This document shows positions 30,627-41,794 of a stretch of 64,000 bases of DNA, piece by piece. A program made the translations under genes and the position numbers. Within the stretch, counting starts at the first letter, position 1, and each line of letters starts with the position of its first letter. Under the pieces are notes generated by a model, which was given only the letters and a program-made list of their open reading frames with translations, was not told the origin of the DNA and did no database searches. Origin of the DNA: Flavobacteriales bacterium (GTDB lineage: Bacteria; Bacteroidota; Bacteroidia; Flavobacteriales_F; PHOS-HE28); the NCBI GenBank assembly GCA_016705545.1, contig JADIYA010000007.1, positions 163,728 through 227,727 of the forward strand. The letters are read 5' to 3'.

Positions 30627-33529
30627 ATGCCTGCACTGCGAATGCTCCTGCGCGGATTCCTCCGCCTCTTCGTCCCATGCTGCTGCTGTGCGGCGGCGGC
30701 TCATGCCCAGCAGTACAAGCTGCGCGGCATCGTGAGCGACGGCGCCACCGGTGAGACCCTCGTCGGCGCCAACGTGTTGCTCAAGGGCACCACAAACGGC
30801 ACGGTCACCGACATCGACGGGCGCTTCCAGTTGCTGGTGAGTGAGCTCCCGCCCTACACCCTTGTGGTGAGCTACATCGGATACACGCCGCTTGAACTCG
30901 TGGTGAAGAGCCTCGACAAGGAATTGAAGCTGAAACTCAGCACCGACCAGGTGCTGCTGGACGAGACCGAAGTCGTAGGCAGCCGCATCAGCGAGAAGCA
31001 GAAGCAGGCGCCGCTCACGGTGGAGAGCATGGACGTGATCGCCATCCGCGAAGCGCCCAGCGGCGACTTCTACGAGAGCCTCGGCACCCTCAAGGGCGTG
31101 GATATGACGGCAGCGAGCATGGGCTTCAAGGTACTCAACACGCGCGGCTTCAACAGCACCAGTCCCGTGCGCTCCTTGCAGCTGATCGACGGCGTGGACA
31201 ACCAGAGCCCCGGCCTCAACTTCTCACTGGGCAACTTCCTTGGCGCAAGCGACCTGGATGTGATGAAGGTGGACGTGATCGCCGGAGCAAGCACCGCCTA
31301 CTATGGCCCGGGCGCATTCAACGGCGTGGTGAGCATGACCACCAAGAGCCCGTGGAATTTCCCCGGCCTCAGCGTGAGCGCCAAGGGAGGTGAACGCGGG
31401 CTGCTTGAGGGAGCCGTTCGGTGGGCACAAGTCTTCAAGGACAAGGACGGCAAGCCGCGAGTCGCCTACAAGCTGAACATGTTCGGCATGCGTGCCGAGG
31501 ATTGGTACGCGCAGGATTATGGCGCAACGAGCAACAGCCCAACGCAACCGGGAAACCCTGGCCGCTACGATGGCGTGAACATCTACGGCGATGAGAACGT
31601 GACGGTGAACAACGACTTCAGTAACAACGCATTCGACCGCAGGACCTATCCCGGCCTTGGCTTATTCCTGCGACCTGGTTACCGAGAGGAAGACCTCGTT
31701 GACTACGGCACCACAACCTGAAGGCCGGCGCTTCGCTGCACTACAAGCTCACCGATAGCGTGGAGGTGATCGCAGCCGCCAACTACAGCACGGGCAGCAC
31801 GGTCTATCAAGGTGAGAATCGTTACCGCTTGGACGGCGTGCAATTCTGGCAACAACGGATCGAGCTGCGCAAGGAAGGCAAGTGGTTCGTGCGCGGCTAC
31901 TACACCGGCGAGGACGCCGGCAAGACCTACGACATCTTCACCACGGGCGTACGCCTCCAGGAAGCTGGCGGCGAAACGCGAGAGTGGAACGTCAAATACT
32001 TCACGCTGTGGGAGACCTGGATCAAGCCGCGCATCAACAACGAACGGCCTGATTTCATCACGGTGCAGGAGGCGCCCGGTGCGGGCATCACAACGCAAGC
32101 TGCCTACGATGCCTACATCCAGCAATTCGTCGCGGACAACAGCGGGCTATTCACTGGCTACCACAACGAGGTGGCCGATAGCATCGCCTTGATCGACAAC
32201 AACGAATTGAATCCATCCTACGTCGCGGGCACACAGCGCTTCAACGAGAAGCTCGATGAGATACGTGGCAAGCGCTTCACCGAAGGCGGATCGCTCTTCT
32301 ACGACCGGAGCGCGCTGGCGCACGCCATGGGCGAGTACCGCTTCAAGCCGAGGTTCGCAGAGATCGCCATAGGCGGCAGCTTCCGGCAGTACATGCCCAA
32401 CAGCGCGGGCACCATCTTCCGCGATACCGGCAATGTGGTGATCCGAAACAACGAATTCGGGCTCTATGCCGGCCTCGAGAAGAAGCTGATGAAGGAGAAG
32501 CTGAAGGCTACGGCCACGCTCCGAATGGACAAGAACCAGAACTTCAACGCGCTGCTCTCCCCTGCGCTGTCCTTCGTGTATGTGCCACGTCAGGACCGCA
32601 CCTTTCGGGTGAGCTTCAGCAGTGCGGTGCGCAACCCGACGCTCGCTGACCAGTACCTCTACTACAACGTGGGTCGCGCCATCCTCCTTGGCAATGTCGA
32701 TGGACAGTTCGAGGGCGGCCGCGACAGCCTGATCACCGTGGAGAGCTTCAACGATTACCGCTCCTCGCCCACCCTGCTCGAAGGCTTGGCAAAACTCGAC
32801 TACTTCAACGTTGACCGGCTGCGCCCCGAGCAGGTGCGCACCATTGAGGCCGGATACCGCGGAACGCATGCCGAGAAGTTCTACGTGGATGTGAGCGCCT
32901 ACAGCAGCTGGTACACCGATTTCATCGGTTACCTCATCGGGCTCAGCGCGCGCTTCGATCAGACCAATGGATTCCCCGTGGGCGGCCTTCAGGCCTACCG
33001 CCTTGCTGCCAACGCCACCACCACCGTGCGCACCCAAGGCGCCAACCTCGGCGTGAGCTACTTCCGCAAGCGGATGACCTACAGCGCGAACTACAGCTAC
33101 AACGAGCTCATCACCGGCGACGATGACCCCATCATCCCGGCCTTCAACACGCCGCGCAGCAAATTCAATGTGAGCTTTACCGGCCACGACATGAAGGTGC
33201 CCTTCAGCGGCAAGCCCAACCTCGGCTTCGGCATCAATTGGAAGTACGTGGAGGGCTTCACCTTCACCGGCTCACCGCAGTTCACCGGCCCTATCCCCAG
33301 CTACGACATGATCGATGCCCAGGTGAACGTCAAGTTCCCCGTGCAGCACCTCACGGTGAAGGTGGGCGGCAGCAATCTGTTCGGTTTCATCCCCATGTTC
33401 GAGGACTCGGAACCCAACAGGCCGCGGTGGGAACGCGTCTTCGACAATCAGGTGCGCATGGTGTACGGCGGCCCCTTCGTGGGAAGGCTGGCCTACGTGC
33501 AGCTGATCTATGAATTGGATAGGCGCTGA
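30627..33529 (+). CDS. TonB-dependent receptor with an N-terminal carboxypeptidase-regulatory-like domain. A single-base indel near 31712 splits the frame (ORFs 30627..31721 and 31760..33529).
   Basis: Signal peptide, CarbopepD_reg-like YKLRGIVSDGATGETLVGANVLLKGTTNGTVTDIDGRFQL, plug domain, and a beta-barrel ending in an aromatic C-terminus. At 31706..31716 ggcaccacaacctg is read where ggcacccacaacctg (GTHNLKAGASLHYKL) is expected. Confidence 0.8.
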
Positions 33530-36066
33530 TCACTTCAGCACTGCGAGCCGCTCCTCCAGTGCTTTGATCTTGGCCTCGGCGTCGGCCTTCTTCTTCCGCT
33601 CGGTTTCCAGCACCTGCGGCGGTGCTCCGTTCACGAATCGCTCGTTGCTGAGCTTCTTCTCCACGCTGGCGAGGAACCCACGCAGGTGCACGAGCTCTGC
33701 TTCAGCTTTCTTCGCTTCAGCCTCGGTGTCGATGTTGCCGCCGAGATCCACTGCATACTCGGTTGTTCCTACAAGGAAAGTGATGGAGCCTTCGCTGGCC
33801 TTCTCCACCTCGGCGATGGCCGTTACGTTGGCCAGCTTGTTCACCAACGCTGAAACGGCCGCACGCATGGGCGCAGCACCCTTGGCCAGCACTTCCAGCG
33901 GCGCCTTCGGACTCATGCCGCGCTCGTTGCGCACGTTGCGAACGGCAGTCACCAGGTCGAAGGCATGCTGCACCTCGGCATCGAGCCTCGCATCGCCCGC
34001 GCCGCCCTTGGGCCATGCAGCTACGACACGGTGGCCTCGTAGGTCTTACGATCGATCGGTTCGGCCACGCCCTCCCCCGCCGCGTTCTTCACGAAGGCAG
34101 TCTTGATGCTCTCCAGGTACCAGCTGCACAGGTCATCCCATACCAGCTTGTAGGTGGCCATGAGCGCCTCACTGATGCGGAACTGCGCAAAGAGCTGATC
34201 GATCTCGGTGGTGCTGCGTGACACACGGCTCTGCATCCAGGCGACAGCCGCCGCTGATGAAGCCGGTTGCGAACGGTCATCGACGCTCCAACCCTTCACC
34301 AAGCGGAAGGCGTTCCAGATCTTGTTGCTGAAGTTGCGGCCCTGCTCGCAGAGCGAATCGTCGTAGGGCAGGTCGTTGCCAGCGGGACTGGTGAGCAGCA
34401 TGCCCACGCGCACGCCATCGGCGCCGAACTTCTCGATCAGCTCCAAGGGGTCGGGGCTGTTGCCGAGGCTCTTGCTCATCTTTCGGCCCTGCTTGTCGCG
34501 CACGATGCCGGTGAGGTACACGTTCTTGAACGGCACCTCCTGGCGGTACTCCATGCCGGCCATGATCATGCGTGCCACCCAGAAGAAGAGGATTTCCGGC
34601 GCGGTGACGAGGTCGTTCGTAGGGTAGTAATACTTGATGTCGGCGTTGTTCGGGTCCTTGAAACCATTGAATACGCTGATGGGCCAGAGCCAGCTGCTGA
34701 ACCAGGTGTCAACGACATCCTCATCCTGCTTGATGCCGTTGGTGCTTTGTCCGGCAGCCTTGAATTGTGCCATCGCTTCGGCTTCGGACCTGCACACGGC
34801 GGCGTCACCCGCATCGTTGTACCATGCGGGCACTTGCTGCCCCCACCACAACTGGCGGCTGATGCACCAATCGCGCACGTTCTCCATCCAATAGGTGTAG
34901 GTGTTGGCGAACTTCTGCGGGTGCAGTTTCACCCGGCCATCCTTCACCACTTCCAAGGCGGGCTTGGCCAGCTCGCCCATCTTCACGAACCACTGCAAGG
35001 AGAGGCGCGGCTCAATAACAGCATCGGTGCGCTCGCTGTAGCCCACTTTGTTCTTGATGTCCTCGATCTTGACGATGTGCCCTTTCTCTTCCAGCTCCTT
35101 CACGATCTTCTTGCGCACAGCGAAGCGCTCCTCACCCACGTACAGCTGAGCGGCTGGGCTGAGCGTGCCATTCGGTTCCAGAATGTCGATGGTCTCGAGA
35201 TTGTGCTTCTTTCCCAGTTCGTGGTCATTCGTATCGTGCGCAGGCGTGACCTTCAGTGCACCGGTGCCGAATTCGCGCTCCACGTACTCATCGAAGATGA
35301 CAGGGATGCTGCGTCCGATCAGCGGTACCAAGGCGCGCTTGCCCTTCAGGTGGGCATAGCGCTCATCCTCCGGGTGGACCGCGATGGCGGTATCGCCGAG
35401 TATCGTCTCCGGGCGCGTGGTGGCTATGGTGACCCATTGCTCCGTTGCGCCATCAATCGCGTAGCGCACATGGAAGAGCCTTGAATTCTGCTCCTTCATG
35501 ATCACCTCTTCGTCGCTCACGGCCGTCAACGCCACCGGATCCCAGTTCACCATGCGCAGGCCGCGGTAGACCAGGCCTTTCTTATGCAGGTCGATGAAGA
35601 CGTCGATGACGGCCTCGCTGAGGTCGGGCTCCATGGTGAAGCGCGTGCGGTCCCAATCACAGCTGGCGCCGAGCTTCTTCAACTGCTCCAGGATCACGCC
35701 GCCGTACTTCTCCTTCCACGCAAAGGCATGCTTCAGGAATTCCTCACGTCCGATCGCGCTCTTCTTGATCCCTTGTTCGCCCAGCAGCCGCACCACCTTC
35801 GCTTCGGTCGCGATGCTCGCGTGATCGGTGCCGGGGACCCAGCAGGCGTTCTTGCCTTGCATGCGCGCGCGGCGCACCAGCACATCCTGGATGGTGTTGT
35901 TGAGCATGTGCCCCATGTGAAGCACGCCCGTCACGTTGGGCGGCGGTATCACCACGGTATAGGGCTCGCGCGCGTCGGGCACACTGCGGAAGTAGGCCTT
36001 GGCCATCCAATGCGGGTACCACCTGGCCTCGGCTTGCTGCGGATCGAAATGCTTGGGGATCTCCAT
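33530..36066 (-). CDS. valS: Valine--tRNA ligase. Reading frame is interrupted between 33973 and 34021.
   Basis: The N-terminal ORF 34021..36066 has HMGH ([17 protein letters not shown]), a KMSKS motif (KMSKSLGN) and editing and anticodon-binding domains. ORF 33530..33973 is the ValRS C-terminal coiled-coil domain (...[38 protein letters not shown]...). The two ORFs are separated by a frame break. Confidence 0.9.
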
Positions 36067-36150
36067 CGCCTGAAATGAGCGGCGAAAGTAGCCCGCTGGC
36101 AATCGCCGCAAGTCCTAGGACGCTCAGGGTATCTTGCCGCACAGTCCACC

Positions 36151-38163
36151 ATGCGTCGAAGCCCGCTCCGTGATGCCCTCGAAGCCATGGCCGCCAGCGA
36201 TGGCAGCGATGTGCAGCCGCTCGCCATGCTGGTGCAAGCCGTGCGGCCATCGCGCTCCGAAAGCAAGCGGGGTGAAGCGCCGCGATTCATGGCTCTTCTG
36301 CAGTTGATCGAGCACCACGACGATCTGCGCGAGGGCCTTTCGCGCTATGTGCACCGATACTTCAGCGGCAAGGCCATCAGCCGCACTCTCACCGATGCCG
36401 GCATGCCGAGCGGGACCTTCTGGCAAGAACTGCAGCAGCGCCTCACCTACAAGGTGCTGCCGTATCAGCCTGCGCCCGAAACGCTCGACCACGCCCTGAT
36501 CAACGCCTTTTTCCAGGAAGGGGATGCGGACTGGGTGAGCGCCCTGCCCGACGGCGACGTGGTGCGGCTGCTGGCCCTTCTCGGTGTCGATGGCATTGAT
36601 GCGCGCGAGCGCCACGGGCTGTTGATGCAGGAGCTCTTCTTCGCAGCCAAGGTGCTGGCGTTGCGCATCGCCGGGCGCGCCTTCGACGGCGAGGTGCTGC
36701 GCATGGTACCCGAGCATGCCAACTTCAACAGTCCCTTCGTACGCCTCGAGGATGCGCTGGACCGCTACCTCGACCAGCTGCGGCTGGGCGAAGCATCGCG
36801 CCGACCGGATGACCCAGAGCGCATGCCTGTGCTGGTCCTGCTCGACGATTGCCATGCGGCCATCGCCGATGCGTACCGCAATAGCGAGGCGCTGGGCATC
36901 ACGTTCCGTGTGAATCAGCACCTGGTCCTGATGGAGCGCATGCTTCGGCGCCTGCGCGGCGTGCTCGATGCCATTGCGCCGCCAGCGGAAATCGATGGTC
37001 GTACGGCATTGGCGCGCATGCTGAAGGAAGTGGTGCGCATCAGCAGTGGCCGCACGCGCGTCGGCGCTTTCATCCAGGAGAGCACCCAAGTGGTGGCGAG
37101 GGAGATCACGCAGCACACGGGCCGCAAGGGGGAGCATTACATCACCACCAGCCGCAGCGAGTACCTGTCCATGCTGCGCAGCGCGCTGGGAGGCGGCGCT
37201 ATTGTAGCCGTGGCGTGCATGCTGAAGGCCTGGTACGGCAGCATCGAGGGCAGCCTCTTCTTCCACGCCTTCTTGTACAGCATGAACTACGCGATGGCCT
37301 TCATCGCCATCTACCTCCTGCACCTCACCTTGGCCACCAAGCAGCCCGCCATGACCGCCGCCACCATTGCGCAAGCGCTCGACGAGGGCCGCCACGATGG
37401 GAGCATGCATTACGATTCGCTCAGTGAATTGGTGGCGCGCGTGTGGCGCAGCCAGTTCATCGCCTTCGTGGGAAATGTGGCCATGGCCTTCCCAGTGTCG
37501 TTGGCGCTCGCCTACGGGTGGAATGCGCTCTTCGGCCCGGAACTGCTCGCGCACAAATCGGAGAAGATGCTGCACGAGCTCGACCCCTTCCGGTCGCTGG
37601 CCATCCCGCACGCCGCCATCGCCGGGATCTTCCTCTTCATCAGCGGTCTCATCGCGGGCAGCATCACCAATGCGAGCATCCACCGCAATGTGCCGTTGCG
37701 CATCCAGGAGCATCCGGCGCTGAAGGTGGTGATGAGCGAGCGCTGGAGGCGGCGGATCGCCCGTGCGTACGAACAGCACGCAGGCGGCGTGATCAGCAAT
37801 TTCTGGTTCGGTGTCTTCATGGGGTCGGTCGGCGCGGTGGGTGCTTTCCTGGGCCTCGCGCTCGATATCCGCCACATCACCTTCGCCGCTGGCAACCTGG
37901 GCCTGGGGCTGGTAGGCATCGATTGGACCACGACGCTGTACACAGTGATCGCCTCTGTGCTCGGCATCGGCCTCATCGGGCTGTTCAACTTCATCGTCAG
38001 CTTCGCACTGTCGCTCATCCTGGCCATGCGCTCGCGCGGCATCGCCTTCCAGGACCTGCTGCCCATGCTCGTGGCCGTGCGGCACCGCTTCGCCCGGGAG
38101 CCTCGGTCGTTCTTCTTCCCTCCACTGGACCGATCTGCACCCGCTGCCGACCCAGAAACGTAA
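36151..38163 (+). CDS. Large hypothetical membrane protein. It may belong to the poorly characterised family annotated as site-specific recombinase (PF10136-like); function unknown.
   Basis: A 670-aa protein. A soluble N-terminal domain of about 330 aa is followed by a C-terminal half with at least six predicted TM helices (AIVAVACMLKAWYG, AMAFIAIYLLHLTLA, IAGIFLFISGLIAG, FWFGVFMGSVGAVGAFLGLAL, LGLGLVGIDWTTTLYTVIASVLGIGLIGLF). Family assignment is from memory and is not verified. Confidence 0.45.
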   Translation: MRRSPLRDALEAMAASDGSDVQPLAMLVQAVRPSRSESKRGEAPRFMALLQLIEHHDDLREGLSRYVHRYFSGKAISRTLTDAGMPSGTFWQELQQRLTYKVLPYQPAPETLDHALINAFFQEGDADWVSALPDGDVVRLLALLGVDGIDARERHGLLMQELFFAAKVLALRIAGRAFDGEVLRMVPEHANFNSPFVRLEDALDRYLDQLRLGEASRRPDDPERMPVLVLLDDCHAAIADAYRNSEALGITFRVNQHLVLMERMLRRLRGVLDAIAPPAEIDGRTALARMLKEVVRISSGRTRVGAFIQESTQVVAREITQHTGRKGEHYITTSRSEYLSMLRSALGGGAIVAVACMLKAWYGSIEGSLFFHAFLYSMNYAMAFIAIYLLHLTLATKQPAMTAATIAQALDEGRHDGSMHYDSLSELVARVWRSQFIAFVGNVAMAFPVSLALAYGWNALFGPELLAHKSEKMLHELDPFRSLAIPHAAIAGIFLFISGLIAGSITNASIHRNVPLRIQEHPALKVVMSERWRRRIARAYEQHAGGVISNFWFGVFMGSVGAVGAFLGLALDIRHITFAAGNLGLGLVGIDWTTTLYTVIASVLGIGLIGLFNFIVSFALSLILAMRSRGIAFQDLLPMLVAVRHRFAREPRSFFFPPLDRSAPAADPET

Positions 38164-38201
38164 GGAAACGCGACCTAGCGCGACCATCGCTGCAAATCCA
38201 C

Positions 38202-39257
38202 ATGCACATGCGCACCCCGCTTCTCTTGGCCGCGTCGTTCATCGCCTTCGGCTGCTTTGCCCAAGTGAGCACCGACCCACAGCCACGTAACGTGCTCTTG
38301 GAAGAATTCACCGCCATCAATTGCGGCAACTGCCCTGCTGGCCACGTATCTGCTGCGACCATTCTGAATGCCAATCCCGGCCGTGTGGTGTTAGTGAATG
38401 TGCACGCCGGATCACTCGCGAACCCATCCGGATCGCAGCCCGACTTCCGCACGCCCTGGGGCAACCAGTTGCACAGCACCTATGGCGTCACCTTCACGCC
38501 GCAAGGACTGGTGAGCCGCACGGCTTACAATGGCCCTACCCTGCTCTCCTCGGTGAATTGGAACGCGGCGGCAAACGTGCTCCTCGCTCAGACCGCCATT
38601 GTGAATCTGAGCATCACTACAGACTTTGATCCCGCAACGCGCTTGCTGCAAGTCTCCGTGGAGCACTATTACACCTCAACCAGCCCAGGTGCGGCCGACC
38701 GCCTGCATGTACTGCTCACCGAAGACCATTTGACCGCATACCAAGCGAATTACGGCGCAGGTGGCGCACAACCCAGCTACGACCACCGGCACGCCTTGCG
38801 CGTGGGACTGACACCTTTTGCTGGTGATGCGCTCGGAACAGGCGCATCCGGCGAGCAAGGGATGAATACCTACTCGCATGTCCTGCCCATCGGCTGGAAT
38901 GCGGACAACGTGCGCGTGGTGGCCTTCATCAACGAGGCTGCTGGAACCCTACCGGGCGAGGTGCATCAGGCAGCAGAGGCGCCGGCCATCGCCATTGCGA
39001 CGGGGGTAGTTGAAATGCCGCAACCAGCTGCATTGAATGCCTTCCCGAATCCGGCGCACGGCGCTTTCGTCCTGCAAGCGCTGGATGGGTCAATTGGCGC
39101 CATTACGGTTCGTGATGCGTCCGGCCGCATGGTGGGAGCGATTCAGCCTGCATCCAAGGCCAATGCCCTGATGCTGGATGCCTCGGCTTGGTCAGCTGGC
39201 ATTTACATCATTGCCACGGACGATGGACGCGTTGCGCGCTTGGTGGTCCAGCATTGA
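38202..39257 (+). CDS. Omp28-related outer-membrane protein with a T9SS type A C-terminal domain.
   Basis: Signal peptide MHMRTPLLLAASFIAFGCFAQ. The thioredoxin-like CxxC motif (NCGNCPAGH) is typical of Omp28-family proteins. C-terminal LNAFPNPAHGAFVLQ...YIIATDDGRVARLVVQH is a T9SS tail. Confidence 0.6.
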   Translation: MHMRTPLLLAASFIAFGCFAQVSTDPQPRNVLLEEFTAINCGNCPAGHVSAATILNANPGRVVLVNVHAGSLANPSGSQPDFRTPWGNQLHSTYGVTFTPQGLVSRTAYNGPTLLSSVNWNAAANVLLAQTAIVNLSITTDFDPATRLLQVSVEHYYTSTSPGAADRLHVLLTEDHLTAYQANYGAGGAQPSYDHRHALRVGLTPFAGDALGTGASGEQGMNTYSHVLPIGWNADNVRVVAFINEAAGTLPGEVHQAAEAPAIAIATGVVEMPQPAALNAFPNPAHGAFVLQALDGSIGAITVRDASGRMVGAIQPASKANALMLDASAWSAGIYIIATDDGRVARLVVQH

Positions 39258-39503
39258 TCAACCATCGATCCGCTTGAACACGGACCGCTGGAGCGCCTCC
39301 GTATCCAGCGGTTGCCCGATGTCCCGGCGCTGCTGCATCCACCGATCGATCATCACGCTCTGACGCTGGTAGGTACTGCAAGCCGTGCAGATGCGCAGGT
39401 GAAGCCAAAGGCCGATACGCTCTACGAGGCTCAAAGGCTTGAACACGCGACGCTCGATGAGCACGGTGGCCTTGCGGCAGGAGACGCTGCGTAGCTGGCT
39501 CAT
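39258..39503 (-). CDS. Anti-sigma factor (zf-HC2 zinc-finger type).
   Basis: An 81-aa protein with HLRICTACSTYQRQ, an H-x3-C-x2-C motif. It overlaps the upstream ECF sigma gene by 4 bp (ATGA). Confidence 0.6.
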   Translation of the reverse strand: MSQLRSVSCRKATVLIERRVFKPLSLVERIGLWLHLRICTACSTYQRQSVMIDRWMQQRRDIGQPLDTEALQRSVFKRIDG

Positions 39504-40096
39504 TCGCGGATCGGTTTGAGGCGCTGCTCGATGCAGGCGCGCAGCTTGAGCTTGGCGCGGTGCACTTGCTGCCAGTAATTGGCTTCACTCAGGCCAAGCG
39601 CTTCCTGAATGCGCGCGCCCTCCATGTCCTGCAGGTACTTCATCTCCACGGCGGCTCGCCAACGTTCAGGCAATGCATCCAAGCAATGGCGAAGCGCGCG
39701 ATCAAGCTTCTCGGACTGATCGTCCTGACGGAAGATCATGATGTCATGTGGTGCCTGTTCATTGTTCCAATGCCCCTCCTGATTGAAGAACTGTTCAGCA
39801 GGGTCGTCGGGATCGGACTCGCGGCCTGACAAACGGGCGGCATCGCGGTAGCTCTTGCGGTAGTGGTCGAGCAGCTTGTGCTTGAGGATGGCGAAAAGCC
39901 ATGTGCGCGGCGAACTCTCGCCCTGGAACCGATCAAGGGTCTCCCATGCGCTCACCAAGGCCACTTGCACGAGTTCCTCCGCATCATCGGGGTCCTTCAC
40001 GCGGTTCCGGGAGAAACGGAGCAGGTCGGCGGTGTGCGCCTTCACCCATTCCTCGAAGGTCCTTCTCCGGGCAGTCTCGTCCATCACCGTTGGCAC
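39500..40096 (-). CDS. RNA polymerase sigma-70 factor, ECF subfamily.
   Basis: A 198-aa protein. Region 2: LVQVALVSAWETLDRFQGESSPRTWLFAILKHKLLDHYR. Region 4: LDALPERWRAAVEMKYLQDMEGARIQEALGLSEANYWQQVHRAKLKLRACI. Confidence 0.9.
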   Translation of the reverse strand: MPTVMDETARRRTFEEWVKAHTADLLRFSRNRVKDPDDAEELVQVALVSAWETLDRFQGESSPRTWLFAILKHKLLDHYRKSYRDAARLSGRESDPDDPAEQFFNQEGHWNNEQAPHDIMIFRQDDQSEKLDRALRHCLDALPERWRAAVEMKYLQDMEGARIQEALGLSEANYWQQVHRAKLKLRACIEQRLKPIRE

Positions 40097-40114
40097 GGGG
40101 CCAAGGTAGCGGAG

Positions 40115-41722
40115 CTATTGCACGATGAAGCGCTGCGAGAGGGCACCGCCTTGAGTGGTGAATCGCGCCAGATAGGCACCCGGCGCCAAGCTGGAGACCA
40201 TGCTGCTGCTGCCTGGGGAAAGGCGCTGCTCACGCACGATGCGTCCAGCGCCATCGAGAACCACGAGCTGTCCGCTAGCGGTTGCCCGAACGCTGATCGG
40301 CCCAGTTGCAGGATTCGGGAAAACGGTGAATGATTCCGCTGGCTGCGCCACTTCGCCGGTGCCCACTGCGAACATGAGCGCATTGAACGCATTGATCCGC
40401 CCATGGCCGTGATAGTTGTCGAAGCCGGGCGTGTCCTCCAACGGATCACCCACCTGATCCTCTGCAGTGGCCTCGATGATGGCACGGATCTGCGCGGGCG
40501 TGCGCGTTGGTTGTTGGGCCTTCAGTAGCGCAGCCAAAGCGCTAACGTGCGGCGTGGCCTGCGAAGTGCCAGACCAATAGGTGGTAAAGGAGACGTTGCT
40601 CGTGTGACTGAGCCCGTAGATGTAATCGCCGGGCGCGCACACGCTGATGTGGCTGCCGTAGTTGCTGCCGCTGGAAGCGCTCCAATAGAATGGCACGGCG
40701 CGACGGTCATTCGGCTTGGTGCCGCCCACGGCCATGACGCCGTTGAGTGAGGCAGGGATGAACGGAACGCTGCTGTTGGTGTTCATCATGCAGGCCACCA
40801 CGAGCACACCATTGGCCAGTGCGTAATCGACGGCCGCCTGCATTTCCGGTGAAGGATCCGTTCCGCCCATGCTCATGCTGATGACGTCGGCCCCTTTGTC
40901 GACGGCGTAGTACATGCCCGCAACCCACCAGCTGTAGTAGCCTTGGTTCGAGCTGTTCAGCGCCTTGATCACCATCGCCTTGCAATTGAGGTCAACGCCC
41001 GTGAAGCCGATTCCATTGTCACCAGCAGCCGCCACGATGCTTGTGACGTTGGTTCCGTGGCCCTGATCGTCGGTGGGGTCGTTGTCGTTGTTGGCGAAGT
41101 CCCAGCCCTGCACGTCGTCAATGAATCCGTTGCTGTCGTCATCGATCCCGTTGCCCGCGATCTCCCCGCCGTTCTGCCAGATGCGATCGCCCCAGTCCGG
41201 GTGCTGCAAGCGCACGCCGCTGTCGATGATAGCCACGGTCACCTCTTCGCTGCCCTGCTCGATCTCCCATGCGGCCGTCATGTCGATGTCGGCGCCTGCT
41301 AAAGCCGGCGAGAGCGCGAAGGTGCCATCGTTGTGCAGCCCCCATTGCTTGGCGTAATGAGGATCGTTCGGCGTGAAGTCGCGATCGCCGCCGCCATGAC
41401 CCAAGTGATCCCGCTCGGCACGCAGAACGCCAGGAAGCAGGCGGTACGCCGCAAGTGCTTGATCGATCTCCGTGCCTTCGGGCAACTCAACGACGAAGAG
41501 GCTGGGCATGCCGGGCTTCGCAGGTGTGAGGCGATTGGCGCGCAATGCACCGAGCGATGCGCTCAGCCGATCCACCGGCACCGATCCGATGTTGGCCTTT
41601 GCCGCGATGGGCACAGCCTTCAGTTGCGCATCGGACGTGAGGCGGATCATGATGCGATTGTTCTGATGCGCTTGGAGCGAGGCGGACAACACGAGGAATG
41701 CGAACGTGGCGAGTAGTCTCAT
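40115..41722 (-). CDS. S8 family serine peptidase (subtilase) with a T9SS type A C-terminal domain.
   Basis: Signal peptide MRLLATFAFLVLSASLQA. Catalytic triad contexts: Asp VAIIDSGV, His DDQGHGTNVTSIVAA, Ser GTSQATPHVSALAALL. C-terminus SFTVFPNPATGPISVRA...ARFTTQGGALSQRFIVQ. Confidence 0.9.
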   Translation of the reverse strand: MRLLATFAFLVLSASLQAHQNNRIMIRLTSDAQLKAVPIAAKANIGSVPVDRLSASLGALRANRLTPAKPGMPSLFVVELPEGTEIDQALAAYRLLPGVLRAERDHLGHGGGDRDFTPNDPHYAKQWGLHNDGTFALSPALAGADIDMTAAWEIEQGSEEVTVAIIDSGVRLQHPDWGDRIWQNGGEIAGNGIDDDSNGFIDDVQGWDFANNDNDPTDDQGHGTNVTSIVAAAGDNGIGFTGVDLNCKAMVIKALNSSNQGYYSWWVAGMYYAVDKGADVISMSMGGTDPSPEMQAAVDYALANGVLVVACMMNTNSSVPFIPASLNGVMAVGGTKPNDRRAVPFYWSASSGSNYGSHISVCAPGDYIYGLSHTSNVSFTTYWSGTSQATPHVSALAALLKAQQPTRTPAQIRAIIEATAEDQVGDPLEDTPGFDNYHGHGRINAFNALMFAVGTGEVAQPAESFTVFPNPATGPISVRATASGQLVVLDGAGRIVREQRLSPGSSSMVSSLAPGAYLARFTTQGGALSQRFIVQ

Positions 41723-41794
41723 GGCGAGAGGATCAGGGTTGCCGAAAATAAGAAGGTGGATGCGTGTCCACGCCTTCACGAGTATCCGGGCCGG

